A DNA stretch of 20,000 nucleotides, taken from positions 45,535,585-45,555,584 of the forward strand of contig NC_057718.1 of the NCBI RefSeq assembly GCF_004010195.1. The letters run 5' to 3'. Source of the DNA: Chiloscyllium plagiosum. Lineage: Eukaryota. This document shows, piece after piece, positions 19,472 through 20,000 of this stretch (its first letter is position 1; each line of letters starts with the position of its first letter). The translations under genes were made by a program, and so were the position numbers. The notes under the pieces are model-generated. The model was not told where the DNA came from. It searched no databases and saw only the letters and a list, made by a program, of their open reading frames with translations.

Positions 19472-20000
19472 GGAGAAAGTGAGGTCTGCAGATGCTAGAG
19501 ACCAGAGCTGAAAATGTGTTGCTGGAAAAGCGCAGCGTGTCAGGCAGCATCCAGGGAACAGGAGAATCGACGTTTCGGGCATAAGCCCTTCTTCAGGAAT
19601 GAGGGAAGTTTGTCAGGCAGGCTAAGATAAAAGGTAGGGTCCACACCGCCCACCAACGCAACCTCCACTCCTGGCACCTTCCCCTGCAACCGCAGGAGGT
19701 GCAAGACTTGCGCCCACACCTCCCCCCTCACCTCCCTCCAAGGCCCCAAAGGAAACTTCCATACCCGCCACAGATTCACCTGCACCTCCACACACATCAT
19801 CTATTGCATCCTCTGCACACGATGATGCCTCCTCTATATTGGGGAGACAGGCCAGCTACTTGCGGAGCGTTTCAGAGAACACCTCGGGGACACCCGGACC
19901 AACCAACCCAACCACCCCGTAGCTCAACATTTCAATTCCCCCTACCACTCCACCAAGGATATGCAGGTCTTTGGACTCCTCCACCGCCAGACCACAACAA
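19472..20000 (+). mobile_element. Penelope-like retroelement fragment: inverted 3' terminus (19472-~19638) followed by GIY-YIG endonuclease coding sequence (19640-20000, one premature stop)
   Basis: Frame from 19640: STPPTNATSTPGTFPCNRRRCKTCAHTSPLTSLQGPKGNFHTRHRFTCTSTHIIYCILCTR*CLLYIGETGQLLAERFREHLGDTRTNQPNHPVAQHFNSPYHSTKDMQVFGLLHRQTTT. This shows IIY..YIGET..RFREH (GIY-YIG) and an upstream C-x4-C-x2-C cluster. TGA at 19823-19825. Confidence 0.92.
19566..19600 (-). ncRNA. Minimal type I hammerhead ribozyme motif (Penelope-associated)
   Basis: Minus strand auuc-CUGAAGA-a-GGGC-uuau-GCCC-GAAA-CGUC-gauu: CUGANGA and GAAA boxes, 4-bp stem II, palindromic ACGU in place of stem III, and a GUC cleavage triplet (predicted cut between 19569 and 19568). 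Activity is not shown. Confidence 0.7.

Noticed and set aside
17041..20000. Search for SMYD2 exon 2 (KCGRCKQAFYC-like) here, and exon 6 (VNCNGF-like) in 1-6300
   Set aside because: Not found by eye. They are presumed to lie outside the window rather than to be lost.

Overview
Eukaryotic intronic DNA from a cartilaginous fish, inferred from HE1-type V-SINEs and HER1/CR1 LINEs (probably a shark). Three internal coding exons of SMYD2 (SET/MYND lysine methyltransferase) lie on the minus strand at 16929-17039, 13301-13361 and 6367-6491. They correspond to human exons 3-5 as I recall the human gene; the other exons are outside the window. The introns hold nested mobile DNA: two decayed Gmr1-like Gypsy LTR retrotransposons with integrase before RT (about 1-5150 and 8750-12250, minus strand), five HE1 SINEs, several CR1 3' fragments, a TA-flanked Tigger/pogo-like MITE, and a Penelope-like GIY-YIG element with short fold-back derivatives. 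The most notable observations are (i) minimal type I hammerhead ribozyme motifs in the Penelope-like termini, one with an intact core on the SMYD2 pre-mRNA strand; (ii) about 200-bp hairpin insertions whose fold-back point lies at the ribozyme motif; and (iii) a non-canonical GC donor on the exon-5 equivalent with a competing stop-linked GT donor. No database searches were run, and repeat boundaries are approximate. Most ORFs in the supplied track are artefacts of repeats.
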